This document shows positions 37,563 through 48,818 of a stretch of DNA of 64,000 bases, piece by piece. Positions within the stretch are counted from its first letter, which is position 1; each line of letters opens with the position of its first letter. This DNA is from Obrimoposthia wandeli (Eukaryota), in assembly GCA_977020255.1 (NCBI GenBank), contig CDROCS010001688.1:124001-188000 (forward strand). Direction: 5' to 3'. Position numbers and translations under genes: made by a program. The notes under the pieces were generated by a model that was not told the DNA's origin, searched no databases, and saw only the letters and a program-made list of their open reading frames with translations.

Positions 37563-38099
37563 TTGAAATACATTATTATTTTGTTGGTGCTGTGTGTCTC
37601 TGGTTGCGCTAGTTACAGTGTCACAGAGGGTGAAATTCAAGATTATCTAGATAGCCGTGCGACCTTTGAAAGAACCGTTGGAATTAAAGGCCTCGCTCAT
37701 GCCAATGTTCAGTTTAACGATGTAAAAGTTGGAATTGGTCGGATTGCTAATGATCGCGTAAACCTGTCATCAAAAGCACAGGCGGAAATTATGATAACAG
37801 GACAACCAAAGCAATCGGTAGAAGTTGATATTGATTTTAGTGCTATCCCTTTTTATGACAAAGATGAAGGTGCCATTTTTCTGAAGGATTTAAACGTAGA
37901 GTCGTTAAATGTTACACCCGATAACCTCGGTATTTTTGCTAATAAACAGTTCATCTCACCCATTGTTAGTATTGTGGGGCAAATATTATCTACACGACCG
38001 GTCTATCGTTTGAATGATGATGATTTTAAAGAGTCATTGCTTAAAACTGCGGGACCAGAATTGAAAATAAAAAATCATGAGCTTGTTGTAGGGCTTTAA
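37563..38099 (+). CDS. DUF1439/YceB-like lipoprotein
   Basis: Lipobox VSGC; YSVTEGEIQDYL, PFYDKDEGAIFLKDL, PVYRL. Confidence 0.85.
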   Translation: MKYIIILLVLCVSGCASYSVTEGEIQDYLDSRATFERTVGIKGLAHANVQFNDVKVGIGRIANDRVNLSSKAQAEIMITGQPKQSVEVDIDFSAIPFYDKDEGAIFLKDLNVESLNVTPDNLGIFANKQFISPIVSIVGQILSTRPVYRLNDDDFKESLLKTAGPELKIKNHELVVGL

Positions 38100-38145
38100 C
38101 GACGTATTAATAGGCTCTCTTATTTAGGAGCCTATTAATGAAGAC

Positions 38146-38442
38146 TTATTGTGTTTGTTTAGATTGCTCTAGAAAGTTGGTACCTGCCGCTTCATCAATA
38201 ATATACACTGCTCGCTCTGCTTCGAATGCTTTTTTCATTGCCTCTGCCGCATAGTTTCTAACAGTTTTACCTTGCGTTGAAACCACTAACGTTATTATCA
38301 TAAAAATACTAAAAACGGTACAACCAGCCGTTACTACCATTTTTTTCATCACTCGTTTTTCTGACTCTCGCAATTCACTTCGCACCATTTCAAGTACATC
38401 ATAATTGGTCAAATTTGGGCGAACTTTTCTATTTAGCGACAT
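38146..38442 (-). CDS. Hypothetical single-TM protein
   Basis: 98-aa ORF ending at a bidirectional hairpin (38106-38139). Confidence 0.55.
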   Translation of the reverse strand: MSLNRKVRPNLTNYDVLEMVRSELRESEKRVMKKMVVTAGCTVFSIFMIITLVVSTQGKTVRNYAAEAMKKAFEAERAVYIIDEAAGTNFLEQSKQTQ

Positions 38443-38654
38443 AATACTAAGCCTTATTATTCCCTGTCGGCATCATACCAACAAAAACTTAACGATAGCT
38501 TAATCATAAACATACAAAACGCAGAGTAATAAGTCATTGAACTTGTGTTGTTATTTTGGTAGTAAGTGTATAGTTATAGTGCACTAGAGTGGGAGGTTAT
38601 AAGCTACGATTTTACGTAACTTATAACTTTCATATTGGATTTACCAAAATAGCT

Positions 38655-39821
38655 CTAAAGCAAAAAATCTATCACTACCTTGTAAACAACAAATAACACT
38701 GCAAGTAACCATACTGGGCATCGTTTGTATTTTAATAAAACATAACCCGTGATAACTGTAACAATATCAAAAATAGAGCTAATCGATGTCGTGATAACTG
38801 GCGTAACAAAAGCACTACCGAGCAAGCCAATGACGCTCGCGTTAACCAAAACAATAGATACTTTTAACCTTGAGTGACTAAATAGCGCTTTCCAAGCGGG
38901 TAAAAAAGCAAATAACAATAAACTACCCGGTAAAAATACGGCAACAGTTGCTAAAAAACTACCAATAATAGGCGTAGAAGGTAATGCAGAAGCACCTAAA
39001 TAACTCGCCATTGTAAACATAGGGCCAGGAACTAACTGTGCAGCAGCATAGGATGTTATGAAAGTATCAGGTTCAACCATACCTTCCATCATTGGCTCTA
39101 GCAGAGGTAAAACGACGTGTCCTCCCCCGAATACAAAGCTACCCGCCTGATAGAAAACATTGATCAGGTTTAATATTTCAGCCTGATTTGCAACCAGAGG
39201 TAATCCGATTAGTAATCCAATAAATACCGTAATGATGAAAACATTAGGACGAATAGGATCGTTCTTTATGACTGTAGTATTTACAGCACTGTCAATATTT
39301 CTAAAAGACATTAAAAAACCCGCTATGGCTGCAATCATAATCGGGGCGACTTGCCCAAGTAAACCTGAACTAAAGAAGATCCAAATAGCCGTTAGGCTTG
39401 CAACAAATAAGGTAAGCAAAGTCGTGATATTCTTTTTTGCCATCCCCCAAAGCGCATCAGCTACCACAACGACGGCCAATAATTTAGCTGCATGAATGAC
39501 AGTATCGATAATAGCCATTCCCGTTATTTGGTTATTTGCGATTGCCAAAAATGTTAGTAATACGAAAGAAGGTAGCGTAAACCCGATAAAAGCAGCCATC
39601 GCGCCCAAGTAGCCTGCTTTCTTAAATCCTATATACATGCCCAACTGACTGCTAGCAGGTCCAGGTAAGAACTGGCACAAGGCGACCGCATGAGTGAAGT
39701 CATCTTGTTTTAACCACTTTTTATTCTCAACAAATTCTCGTTGAAAATAACCTATATGTGCCGCTGGCCCGCCGAAGCTATACAAACCAAGCACGAAAAA
39801 ATTCCACAAAACATTGAACAT
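38655..39821 (-). CDS. chrA: Chromate efflux transporter (CHR family)
   Basis: SFGGPAAHIG, QFLPGPASSQ, FVFGGGHVVLP, AQLVPGPMFT. Confidence 0.92.
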   Translation of the reverse strand: MFNVLWNFFVLGLYSFGGPAAHIGYFQREFVENKKWLKQDDFTHAVALCQFLPGPASSQLGMYIGFKKAGYLGAMAAFIGFTLPSFVLLTFLAIANNQITGMAIIDTVIHAAKLLAVVVVADALWGMAKKNITTLLTLFVASLTAIWIFFSSGLLGQVAPIMIAAIAGFLMSFRNIDSAVNTTVIKNDPIRPNVFIITVFIGLLIGLPLVANQAEILNLINVFYQAGSFVFGGGHVVLPLLEPMMEGMVEPDTFITSYAAAQLVPGPMFTMASYLGASALPSTPIIGSFLATVAVFLPGSLLLFAFLPAWKALFSHSRLKVSIVLVNASVIGLLGSAFVTPVITTSISSIFDIVTVITGYVLLKYKRCPVWLLAVLFVVYKVVIDFLL

Positions 39822-40300
39822 ATTACCTCCTAAAAAAAAGATATTTTACGTCAGCTCGTATCATTAATTAAATCGTTTGGAGTGATAATAATCATGTATG
39901 AGTTTAATAGTTTAAATCCAAGAATAAGCAATTAAGTGAATAAACACAAAGCTGATCGTTATTTAATTACAAAAAGTGAGTGCTCACTGTTCACCTGTGA
40001 AGACAATAACTTTATCTGCTTGTTTTAATTGGAATAAATAAGACTAATGTTTTGGTGGCCTAGCCCGTTATCTGGCTACTGGTCTACGAAAATGTCGTCA
40101 CTAAAAAAAGAGAAGCAAAAAGATTATTTAGAATCAGATAGAATCAAATGCAATTTTATAAATCTGTTGTTATCCGCCTTCTATGCTCTCGATAATGTGA
40201 CTATTTAATTTGTTACAGTGTGACATTTATCTGCTGTATTATTAATGTCTTATATATATCAGTGTTATAATCGAAATATTGATAATCAAGGTTCTCCCCT

Positions 40301-41227
40301 ATGCTAGAAAATCTTCAACAGATGGTGATTCTTGCCACCGTCGGTCATGAACAAAACTTTACTCGTGCTGCCGAGCGTCTTGGCATTTCCAAATCACAGG
40401 TAAGTAAACAAATTCGTTTTCTTGAGGAAAGGCTTGGTTGTCAGCTTGTTCAGCGAAGTACAAGAACCGTTGCTTTAACTGATATTGGGTTGCAATATTC
40501 AGAATACGGACAACAACTTGTCGATACAGTAAATGAAGCAGAAGCGATGGTGGCAGGCTACAGAGATGAAGTGAAAGGCGTATTACGTGTTGGCGTTGCT
40601 CAATCTTTTGGAAATTCAAACATCACATCTGCTTTAGCTGAATTTCAAAAAGCACATCCCGATCTAGAGCTTGAGGTCAGCTTATTTGACCACCGCCCTA
40701 ACCTGCTTGAAGAAGGCTTTGATTGCTGGGTTGCGATTCATGAGCACCCTCCTGAAGGCATGGTCGCTCGACGATTAGCCAACTGTAATTTTGCCGTTGT
40801 TGCCTCTCCCGAATACCTTGCTGAACATGGTGTTCCCCAAGTACCCGGTGATTTACGACGACATAACTGCATTACTTACCAAAGTCGTGAGCGCAAGTAT
40901 GTAAATTGGGAGTTTACACGTGATGGTGTGCACCAATCGATTCGTGCACGTGGTAATTACCGTATTGATAATGCCCCAGCAGTACTTGATGCGGCGACAA
41001 GTGGCTTAGGTATAGCGTACTTATCGACATATCTAATCACCGATGAATTGGTCAATAATAAATTAGTACAGCTTTTGCCAGAGTGGAAAGCAGACGTTGA
41101 ATTGCCCATTTACGCCGTCTATCCAAGACGTAAATATCTAGCACCGAAAGTGCGAAGTTTCATTGATTTTATGGCAGAACGTATGGCCAAGCCTCCTTTT
41201 AAAGAGCTGAACCCAATTACGTCATAA
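40301..41227 (+). CDS. LysR family regulator divergent from chrA
   Basis: NFTRAAERLGISKSQVSKQIRFLEERLG..LVQRSTR. Confidence 0.92.
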   Translation: MLENLQQMVILATVGHEQNFTRAAERLGISKSQVSKQIRFLEERLGCQLVQRSTRTVALTDIGLQYSEYGQQLVDTVNEAEAMVAGYRDEVKGVLRVGVAQSFGNSNITSALAEFQKAHPDLELEVSLFDHRPNLLEEGFDCWVAIHEHPPEGMVARRLANCNFAVVASPEYLAEHGVPQVPGDLRRHNCITYQSRERKYVNWEFTRDGVHQSIRARGNYRIDNAPAVLDAATSGLGIAYLSTYLITDELVNNKLVQLLPEWKADVELPIYAVYPRRKYLAPKVRSFIDFMAERMAKPPFKELNPITS

Positions 41228-41351
41228 CCCCATCAATGTAAAAGGTGATTTCTTATCACCTTTTAAAGAACATACATGATTCTCAATTCTTCAGTTGTGC
41301 TTTCCTAGATATGATCTAAACCTATAAGGTATTCATCTTGGTTTAGGTTAT

Positions 41352-41990
41352 ATGCGAGATCTCAAACATTCCTTTTTATACCCTACAATATTCATTAGTT
41401 GCATGTTTTTGTTCGCATGTACAATGTTTAGCGAACAAGAAAGTGACGCTGTCACTAATAAGTCACAGGGTAACACTGAAAACACAACATCTTCACTGAA
41501 TATCTATACATCAAGTAATGAACTTAACACCTCTCGTAACTCAGCGGTTGTTACTGACTCAGTAACATTTGCAGCAACACCTGATGCGAGTATTCTTCTT
41601 GCTCAATTACCTGAACACAAAGATGTTATATATTTCGATAATAACAATTATGAATTATCACCGAAAAATCAGCAATTACTCGACCCTGTTGCCTTGCGTT
41701 TAAGGCTTCATTTAGATAGCTATTTAATCGTTGTTGGTCATAGTGATGACGCCGGCTCTGAAGAACAAAACCTTGTATTATCCTTTGAACGCGCTTTTAG
41801 TGTCGCTATTTATATCTCATCGGTATTTGGAATCGAAGAAGAGAGAATACAAATTGTCGCGCTAGGTGATGATGAACCTATTGGTAAAGGAAATTCAGAA
41901 CAAGAACGACGATTAAATAGAAGAGTTGAAGTTATATCACCTAAGGCGATTGTCAGAACGCTTAGTACAACACCTTTATATCAACAATAA
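41352..41990 (+). CDS. OmpA-like peptidoglycan-binding protein
   Basis: IYFDNN, IVVGHSD, NLVLSFERAFSV, LGDDEP, NRRVEV. Confidence 0.85.
   Translation: MRDLKHSFLYPTIFISCMFLFACTMFSEQESDAVTNKSQGNTENTTSSLNIYTSSNELNTSRNSAVVTDSVTFAATPDASILLAQLPEHKDVIYFDNNNYELSPKNQQLLDPVALRLRLHLDSYLIVVGHSDDAGSEEQNLVLSFERAFSVAIYISSVFGIEEERIQIVALGDDEPIGKGNSEQERRLNRRVEVISPKAIVRTLSTTPLYQQ
41443..41455. other. matS site (MatP binding)
   Basis: GTGACGCTGTCAC is an exact GTGACRNYGTCAC match. Confidence 0.8.
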
Positions 41991-42092
41991 GCGTACGATT
42001 ACTTTGCATTTCACCCATAAAAAAAGCGGTCAACCTGATAGGCTGTACCGCTTCTTTAAATTCAAAACTATGCCTGTTAACTAAAAACCGAA

Positions 42093-43205
42093 TTAGCTCT
42101 CTAGCTGCTTACGAGCTGGATATGCGTACATATCTTTCAAAATAGTGGCGACACCTAAAGGCAACGGAGATAACTTTTCATCAAACTTCGTTATTTCTTC
42201 TGGTGTAACGCAATCATTCTCGATGCCTGCAGCAATATAGTTGGCAGGAAATAATCGGTAATTCCCCGTTATCTGGCGATCAATTTCTACAGCTAGCTCT
42301 TCTGGTGTTTCAATAGGATCTTTGATTACATCCCCAAAGCTCACATGTATACGTCTTTTCTGACCAACAATACCTTGGAGAATGCTATCTATATCTTCAA
42401 GCTCACCTTTTTCATAGATTCCGGATGTTTGCTTTTGATAAAGCTCGTTGGCTTTAGCAACATCACAAGGGTCATTCTCGTAAGAAATAGCAATGGGTAC
42501 GATATTCAAGCTCGGCATGAATTCAGTAAAAGACTGCTTACGTTTACGCCCTTCCATAAAAAACATTTTTAAAATGGTAGGATCAGTCTTGTCGTTACCA
42601 TCTTTAGCGCGCCCTTCTTTCTGAGCAATCCAAACAGGGTTACCTGTTTCTAAAGAGTTTGAAATATAGCTAGACAGTAAACCCAACGATTTGAGTACTT
42701 CACGTGGTGCTTTTGCAGAACGTTTAACAATAAAACTTTTATTTAACCGCATCAGTTCTGTCGCACATGGTTTTTTAAGTAAATTGTCACCAATCGCAAT
42801 GCGTACCGTACTGAACTTTTTCTGAAACATACACCAATTCACCATCGCGGGATCCATCGCTATATCACGATGATTCGATACAAATAAGTATGCCTTGTTA
42901 GGGTCTAATTTATCGAGCCCCGTACATGTTACACCGTCACATGATTGATTAATTGTCGCATGCATGTACTTAGAGACTTGACGTTGAACATCTTCAACCG
43001 TTTTAACATTTGACCATTTGTTAATTAAAAAACGTTTAATTAACGGAATCAATAACCAGCCGAGTACACCAGAAAATTGAGGGAAACGGTAACGCAAGAT
43101 TGCCGTTATAAATTCTTTATCATTAACGAGTCGCTGAATAGCACCGCTCACTTCGTCATCATTGTATGGTCGAATTTCTTTATAAATATCGTTATCTGTA
43201 TGCAC
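42093..43205 (-). CDS. PlsC-family glycerol/lysophospholipid acyltransferase
   Basis: FVSNHRDIAMD (HX4D), WIAQKEGRAKDGND. Confidence 0.85.
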   Translation of the reverse strand: MHTDNDIYKEIRPYNDDEVSGAIQRLVNDKEFITAILRYRFPQFSGVLGWLLIPLIKRFLINKWSNVKTVEDVQRQVSKYMHATINQSCDGVTCTGLDKLDPNKAYLFVSNHRDIAMDPAMVNWCMFQKKFSTVRIAIGDNLLKKPCATELMRLNKSFIVKRSAKAPREVLKSLGLLSSYISNSLETGNPVWIAQKEGRAKDGNDKTDPTILKMFFMEGRKRKQSFTEFMPSLNIVPIAISYENDPCDVAKANELYQKQTSGIYEKGELEDIDSILQGIVGQKRRIHVSFGDVIKDPIETPEELAVEIDRQITGNYRLFPANYIAAGIENDCVTPEEITKFDEKLSPLPLGVATILKDMYAYPARKQLES

Positions 43206-43477
43206 AATTATGCTTCATATGAGGAGGAAACCGAGTCATTTTACGCATAAATTAGCATTAACCCAATGGGTTGATGCAATAACTGTGAAGGTAGGAGCTC
43301 TTACCAGAAAGTTAAGAGTGAATTTTAGCCGCTTTACCGCTTTTTCGCACCATACATCGGTATATTTACCCGTATTTCGATACTAAATTCACCCTTTTTC
43401 CACCCTTTGTATTTAGCTTATTGACGATAAAGCTAAAACAGAACAATATGTGCGTGCAATTTTGTTAGAGAATCCGT

Positions 43478-44155
43478 ATGAAACAGGCAATTGAATTTAC
43501 CAAAAACGAACAAACATACCTTCATGTTGGCCCTCGCCGTAAGAGCCACTCGTCGTACTTTATCGTTATAACTAAAGGTTCGGCTTTAATCCGCTTAGGC
43601 AAACAAGAATGTTTGGTGACACAAGGTACTGGTTTCTGGGTACCTTTCGATTGCCTTCACGCGTTAACAGTACTGCCTGGTAGCCACTATTTTAAAGTCG
43701 AATTCTCTGTACGCCTTACAATCCCACTTTGTCGAGAAGCTGGCTTTTTTAAAGTTACTGATTTAATGAGAGCCTTGCTGGTCGAGCTAACAAAACTATC
43801 TGAAAAAACACAAGAATGGGATGGCGCTTTTGGTCGCTTACTTTGTGTTATTGCTGATCAAGTGTCAGAATTAAAAGTCAGTAATAAACACGCTTCGCCT
43901 CATTTATCGAAACATTATAATGATGCATTGGCAGTACTGCTGGCAGGTGAAAAAGTCGTCGATACTGCCGCTTTGAACCAAATAACGAAACTCATCGATA
44001 TTACGATTCATGAATTTCAAACCTGTATTCTGTTACGTGAAGCCGTAAAGCTGTCTCGTTCTGGTCGTAAGGCGACGCAAATCGCAGAGACACTCAATAC
44101 TAACGAAGCAACATTAAACGCATTAGCAATACCCGTTCTTGGTGTACAGTTTTAA
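43478..44155 (+). CDS. Cupin-type ligand-binding (AraC-like) regulator
   Basis: WVPFDCLHALTV cupin motif; short degenerate C-terminal HTH. Confidence 0.7.
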   Translation: MKQAIEFTKNEQTYLHVGPRRKSHSSYFIVITKGSALIRLGKQECLVTQGTGFWVPFDCLHALTVLPGSHYFKVEFSVRLTIPLCREAGFFKVTDLMRALLVELTKLSEKTQEWDGAFGRLLCVIADQVSELKVSNKHASPHLSKHYNDALAVLLAGEKVVDTAALNQITKLIDITIHEFQTCILLREAVKLSRSGRKATQIAETLNTNEATLNALAIPVLGVQF

Positions 44156-44199
44156 TTGCGTATTTCAATTCATAATAAAGCGATGAAAATATCGCTTTA

Positions 44200-44736
44200 T
44201 TATTGAAATGGTATATCCAACTGAAGAAAGACATCACTCAGGTTTTCGTCGTGCCATCGATAATCAAACCTGAATCGTGGTGAATTGCCATCTTCCTCTC
44301 CAATGCCAAAACTCATCTGTAATCCGTGATTTTTTATCCAATCTTGCGCATCAGAGAACGTCTCGAGATCCATGTCATCATATTTATTAGGAAGCCAAAC
44401 ACCGAAGCCATAAAAAGTGGATTTATTCTGTTGGACTAGGAATGGAGAATCTACAGCCATATCTTCAGACCAGTCATCCCAGAACTCTCCGCTTGAAGGT
44501 GCCTTATCAATTTGCCAATCAATATTGGGCTCAGCTTGCGTTTCCAATAATAAATCATCGTCATTGGGGACTGAAAAAGTAGAGCAAGACCGAAGATACA
44601 TTTGTTTTTCATCATCAGAAAATGATGCGAGTTGAGCTTCGCTATAGGGGTTACAGGGTAAAGCAAATACGTCCCAAGAAATGAGCATAATAACAACGGA
44701 TAACAGCGTTAATAATTTAATCTTGCAACTATTCAA
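44200..44736 (-). CDS. Hypothetical exported protein
   Basis: Signal peptide; beta-strand-rich C-terminus ending DIPFQ. Confidence 0.65.
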   Translation of the reverse strand: MNSCKIKLLTLLSVVIMLISWDVFALPCNPYSEAQLASFSDDEKQMYLRSCSTFSVPNDDDLLLETQAEPNIDWQIDKAPSSGEFWDDWSEDMAVDSPFLVQQNKSTFYGFGVWLPNKYDDMDLETFSDAQDWIKNHGLQMSFGIGEEDGNSPRFRFDYRWHDENLSDVFLQLDIPFQ

Positions 44737-44760
44737 AGTACTCCTTGGGCATCATATTCA

Positions 44761-45285
44761 TTATCTAAACATAAAACGTTTTTCATCCGATAAAAGTGTA
44801 GCGACTTTTGGTGTTGTTAAGTGTGAAACATCACTATTTTTTACAATTTTATCACGAATTACTGTACTACGAATATTTACCGTCTGTGGGCAGGCCAATA
44901 CTTGCCATTTAGACAGTATTTGTTCAGCTTTATAAAACTGACTGAATTTAAGAAAGTTATCAGGGCCAACAACAAAGGTTAGCGAAGCGTTAGGGTATCT
45001 TTTCTGTAGTTCTACTAACACAGCATAGGTTGTTATTGATTCATCACCTACCGCCATTTCTTCTTCTAACCGAGATAATGTCAGATTTTTTTGTCCAATA
45101 TCACTGATAAATGCCTCTACAAGTTCGCAGCGTGCGCTGTAATCAAGCATCACTTTGCCCCAAGCATGTGCAAAACTAGGCAAAAGCAGCACTTGATCAA
45201 AATGCTTTAAACGTTCTAAAACAGATTTATGCCCCAAACTCGGTGGATTAAATGCACTACCAAAGATGGCGATAGTTTTTGTCAT
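44761..45285 (-). CDS. Nicotinate/nicotinamide-nucleotide adenylyltransferase (NadD-like)
   Basis: IFGSAFNPPSLGH, FVVGPDN, IRSTVIR; divergent from nadE. Confidence 0.88.
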   Translation of the reverse strand: MTKTIAIFGSAFNPPSLGHKSVLERLKHFDQVLLLPSFAHAWGKVMLDYSARCELVEAFISDIGQKNLTLSRLEEEMAVGDESITTYAVLVELQKRYPNASLTFVVGPDNFLKFSQFYKAEQILSKWQVLACPQTVNIRSTVIRDKIVKNSDVSHLTTPKVATLLSDEKRFMFR

Positions 45286-45498
45286 TAGTAAAATGGCCTC
45301 TTTTTATACTATTTCAGAACATAATGAGTGCAGATGCAAAGAAATATCGTCAATTTTGATTTTATTCATAATTCGGCATTGATCCTGCTATAGAGTTATC
45401 GCATGATTTTAATAAAGGTTTAATGTATTGATGTGTTTTTTTTCATTAAATCGCTTTAGTTGATTATATTTTGGGCAACGCCCTGAGGATTCATTAAC

Positions 45499-46335
45499 AT
45501 GGAACAGCTTATTCGTGCAGAAATGCACGTATTGCCAGAAATTGATGTCGATTTTGAAATTCAGCGCCGTATCGCATTTATTCAAAAGAAGATGAAGGTA
45601 TCAGGATGTAAATCAATTGTTCTTGGTATAAGTGGCGGCGTGGATTCAACAACGTGTGGTCGACTAGCACAATTAGCTGTTAATGGTTTAAATGATGAAA
45701 ACAACTCATCTGCTTACCAATTTATCGCTGTTCGCCTACCTTATGGTGAACAACACGACGAAAATGAAGCACAAATGGCGTTAACGTTTATCAAGCCTTC
45801 ACACAGTGTAAGCGTAAATATTAAAGATGGTGTTGATGGTATACATGCAAGCACACTCTTCGCGCTTAAAGATACTGGGTTAACACCCGAAAGTGACGCT
45901 AAAATTGACTTCGTTAAAGGTAATGTTAAAGCTCGAGCTCGCATGATTGCTCAGTACGAAATTGCAGGCCTTGTAGGCGGCTTAGTATTAGGTACAGACC
46001 ACTCAGCAGAAAACATCACAGGCTTCTATACTAAGTTTGGTGATGGTGCATGTGACCTAGCCCCTCTTTTTGGTTTGAACAAGCGTCAGGTACGTCTGAT
46101 AGCTTCTAAACTAGGTGCTCCTGATGTACTTGTGAAAAAAGTACCTACAGCTGACTTAGAAGAATTAGCACCGCAAAAAGCAGATGAAGATGCATTACTT
46201 GTTAGTTATGATCAAATCGATGATTTTTTAGAAGGAAAAGCTGTTGATAGTGTTGTGTCTGAACGCCTCATTAATATCTATAAAATGACCCAGCATAAAC
46301 GCCAGCCCATTCCTACAATCTACGACGACGAATAA
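45499..46335 (+). CDS. nadE: Ammonia-dependent NAD+ synthetase
   Basis: [45 protein letters not shown]. Confidence 0.97.
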   Translation: MEQLIRAEMHVLPEIDVDFEIQRRIAFIQKKMKVSGCKSIVLGISGGVDSTTCGRLAQLAVNGLNDENNSSAYQFIAVRLPYGEQHDENEAQMALTFIKPSHSVSVNIKDGVDGIHASTLFALKDTGLTPESDAKIDFVKGNVKARARMIAQYEIAGLVGGLVLGTDHSAENITGFYTKFGDGACDLAPLFGLNKRQVRLIASKLGAPDVLVKKVPTADLEELAPQKADEDALLVSYDQIDDFLEGKAVDSVVSERLINIYKMTQHKRQPIPTIYDDE

Positions 46336-46508
46336 TCGTTTTAAAGATTCAGTGTTAATTCCATACATAATTTATATAAAAAGGCTTTCGATAAAAGCCT
46401 TTTTATTTTGTACGTTTTTGCAATGAAACAACGTAACAAAACATATGACTCAAGATAAGCGACTTAAAATAAACAGTTAATGGCCTACGAGTCAGCTCAT
46501 TAAACGTA

Positions 46509-47018
46509 TTATGCTCGGCGTTCGATTAACGTATCCAGCTCCCACCAAATAGCTTCACATAACCCTTTACGATAAACAGCTTCCTTAAAGGAATTATGTT
46601 CTTGTTGGTACATTTTAAAATGCACCTCTGAGTCTGTTTTGCTTGCTCTTACATTTGCTAATCGATCACAGGCTTTAACAATTAAGGCTAACCGACCCGC
46701 TTCTTCATCGATATCCAGTGAAGCTAACCGCTGATTGATTTCAATTTTACGTTTCATACGATCTGTTAATTTGCCGTCAGTCATATACCTCACAGCATCT
46801 GCAACCAGAAAACCAAAATCAGCGGCTAATTCATCAACACTCGTTTCTGTATCTTCAATAACATCATGTAACTGTGCAACGATCATGGCATTGATGCCAA
46901 ATGGACTTGCAAGACGAGATACGGTTTCTAGATGAGAATAATAAGGGTACTCACCATACCTTTGCCCAATATGTTTTACTCGGGCTAATGTACGAGCTTT
47001 TAAATAACGGTTATTCAT
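46509..47018 (-). CDS. Stand-alone RelA/SpoT-type HD hydrolase (Mesh1/SAH-like)
   Basis: H.GQRYG.YPY..HL, LHDVIEDT, VKACDRLANV. Confidence 0.85.
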   Translation of the reverse strand: MNNRYLKARTLARVKHIGQRYGEYPYYSHLETVSRLASPFGINAMIVAQLHDVIEDTETSVDELAADFGFLVADAVRYMTDGKLTDRMKRKIEINQRLASLDIDEEAGRLALIVKACDRLANVRASKTDSEVHFKMYQQEHNSFKEAVYRKGLCEAIWWELDTLIERRA

Positions 47019-47213
47019 CCTACCTCCTCAACTAAAACCAGCATACTAACAAGGTTAGCCATCACTCAAACTGTATGATATTCCAGCAGCATTGAATTTA
47101 CTAATCTCATATAAATTGTATGAGATTCCACTCACATTTTGTACAAAAAAACGGCGCTAAAAAGCGCCGTTAATCATTGATTACATGAATGTGACTCATT
47201 ACTGAGTCAATTT

Positions 47214-47408
47214 TTAATCTTCGTCTTCGTCGTCTTCAGTTTCTACGACTTCTTGCACACCACGTTTTTTAGCGTCTGCTTCTCGAATTTCATGAGCAAC
47301 AAGCATGATAGCTTCACCGCTACTGAGACCTTTAGCCATGAGATCATGAATACGGTCAGCGGCTACTTGTTGCTCTTCGTGGTTCAGCGTAGGTGTATTA
47401 TTAAACAT
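47214..47408 (-). CDS. yoaH: YoaH/UPF0181 family protein
   Basis: P.L.HEEQQ.AADRIH.LMAKG.SSGEAI..VA.EIRE. Confidence 0.9.
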   Translation of the reverse strand: MFNNTPTLNHEEQQVAADRIHDLMAKGLSSGEAIMLVAHEIREADAKKRGVQEVVETEDDEDED

Positions 47409-47478
47409 GCTATCTTTCTGCTTATTTCAATCGGATTGACATCTTAGGTGCAAATCTACAGTTTGTCACTTTATTAAC

Positions 47479-48684
47479 TTAACCTGGGCGTCCATCGACA
47501 CGTGGCTGAGTTAAAATTGGAAAATACACAATGCTAAAAATGGTAAATGCTATTGCCCATAACACGGCTGAAATAACGTAACTGTTCAGTATCATGGTAG
47601 GTACAAGCAAAACCATAACAGTACGAACAAGCGTCGCAATAATTAAGGCTAGAAACGCAATAATGATCCAGCGACCAGCATGTAAAGTACGGCCGGTATG
47701 CCCTAACGACACTCTAGAGATCATGGCGAGAATCATGCAGCCAACCCCACCAACTGTAATAAAGTGTAATGCGACACTGTAACTAATATCACCCGTTAAG
47801 AAGTGAATACTTAGCATGAACATGCCAATGATCATGAAGAAATACGCGGCATGTAAAGACCAAAGCAACGGTGTTTTCAACGTTTGAAAGGTTCTCCAAC
47901 GTACAAATCGAATCAAATGCGTTAAACCTGTCGCGAAAAATAATGCAGGTAATGTAACTTGATTAATAGCATTGGGAATAGGTAGTAAGACATTCGCTAA
48001 TAGTAACCAGCTTGGTATCATCGCCAATAACTCAATGGCATTCACTCGTGTAATTTGAGCAGTATCAGTACCTCGCCAAGTGAAGAACGGAATAACACGT
48101 CCACCTACAACAAGCACGATAACAGAAATAACGGTAACAACAGACAGTGATACACCGCGTAAATCAAAATCAACAAAACCCAAGACCATAAAATGAAGGT
48201 ACGCATTGAGCAGTGTTATCAGTAGTAATAGCGGCACAAAAAACAAGTTATTCCACTGTTTACGTAAAATAAGCGGCTTGGCCAAAAAATACGTCGCTAA
48301 TGGAACCCATGAAAGATCAATGATCATCCAAGCTATATTAGCGGTACCAAAGAGCAAACCAATACGCGCTATTGCCCATAAAAGAAAGATACTCGCTAAT
48401 GGCCAACCTCTAATACCTGGGTTCCCTGTCCAGTTTTGAACAGCAGTTAGCAAAAAACCAATAATAATGGCAGCCGTAAAGCCAATCAGCATTTCATGGC
48501 TATGCCACCAAATTGGATTGCCATACATCAGCATTGAAACATCTACTTTACCAGACCAAAAAAAAGCCCAGACAATCATTGCTATAGCGGAAAAGATACT
48601 CGCACCTAAAAAGAATGGGCGAAAAGCCAATCGAAAAATGGGTAAGATGCGCTGTTCTTTTTCGTTATCTAAAATCTGCATCAT
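47479..48684 (-). CDS. nnrS: NnrS family haem-copper membrane protein
   Basis: FRPFFL, WHSHEML.GF, GFLLTAVQNWTG, GGRVIPFFT, RVSLGHTGR. Confidence 0.93.
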   Translation of the reverse strand: MMQILDNEKEQRILPIFRLAFRPFFLGASIFSAIAMIVWAFFWSGKVDVSMLMYGNPIWWHSHEMLIGFTAAIIIGFLLTAVQNWTGNPGIRGWPLASIFLLWAIARIGLLFGTANIAWMIIDLSWVPLATYFLAKPLILRKQWNNLFFVPLLLLITLLNAYLHFMVLGFVDFDLRGVSLSVVTVISVIVLVVGGRVIPFFTWRGTDTAQITRVNAIELLAMIPSWLLLANVLLPIPNAINQVTLPALFFATGLTHLIRFVRWRTFQTLKTPLLWSLHAAYFFMIIGMFMLSIHFLTGDISYSVALHFITVGGVGCMILAMISRVSLGHTGRTLHAGRWIIIAFLALIIATLVRTVMVLLVPTMILNSYVISAVLWAIAFTIFSIVYFPILTQPRVDGRPG

Positions 48685-48818
48685 TTATAAACCTTACTTC
48701 ATACAACCTTAAACATGCATTAATTATACACCTTTAAGGGTGCAATTAAAATACCTGTTTATCATTCATTTGCTATAAGCATAGTCAGAAATACAGAAAT
48801 GATAATGTTCTATAAAAA

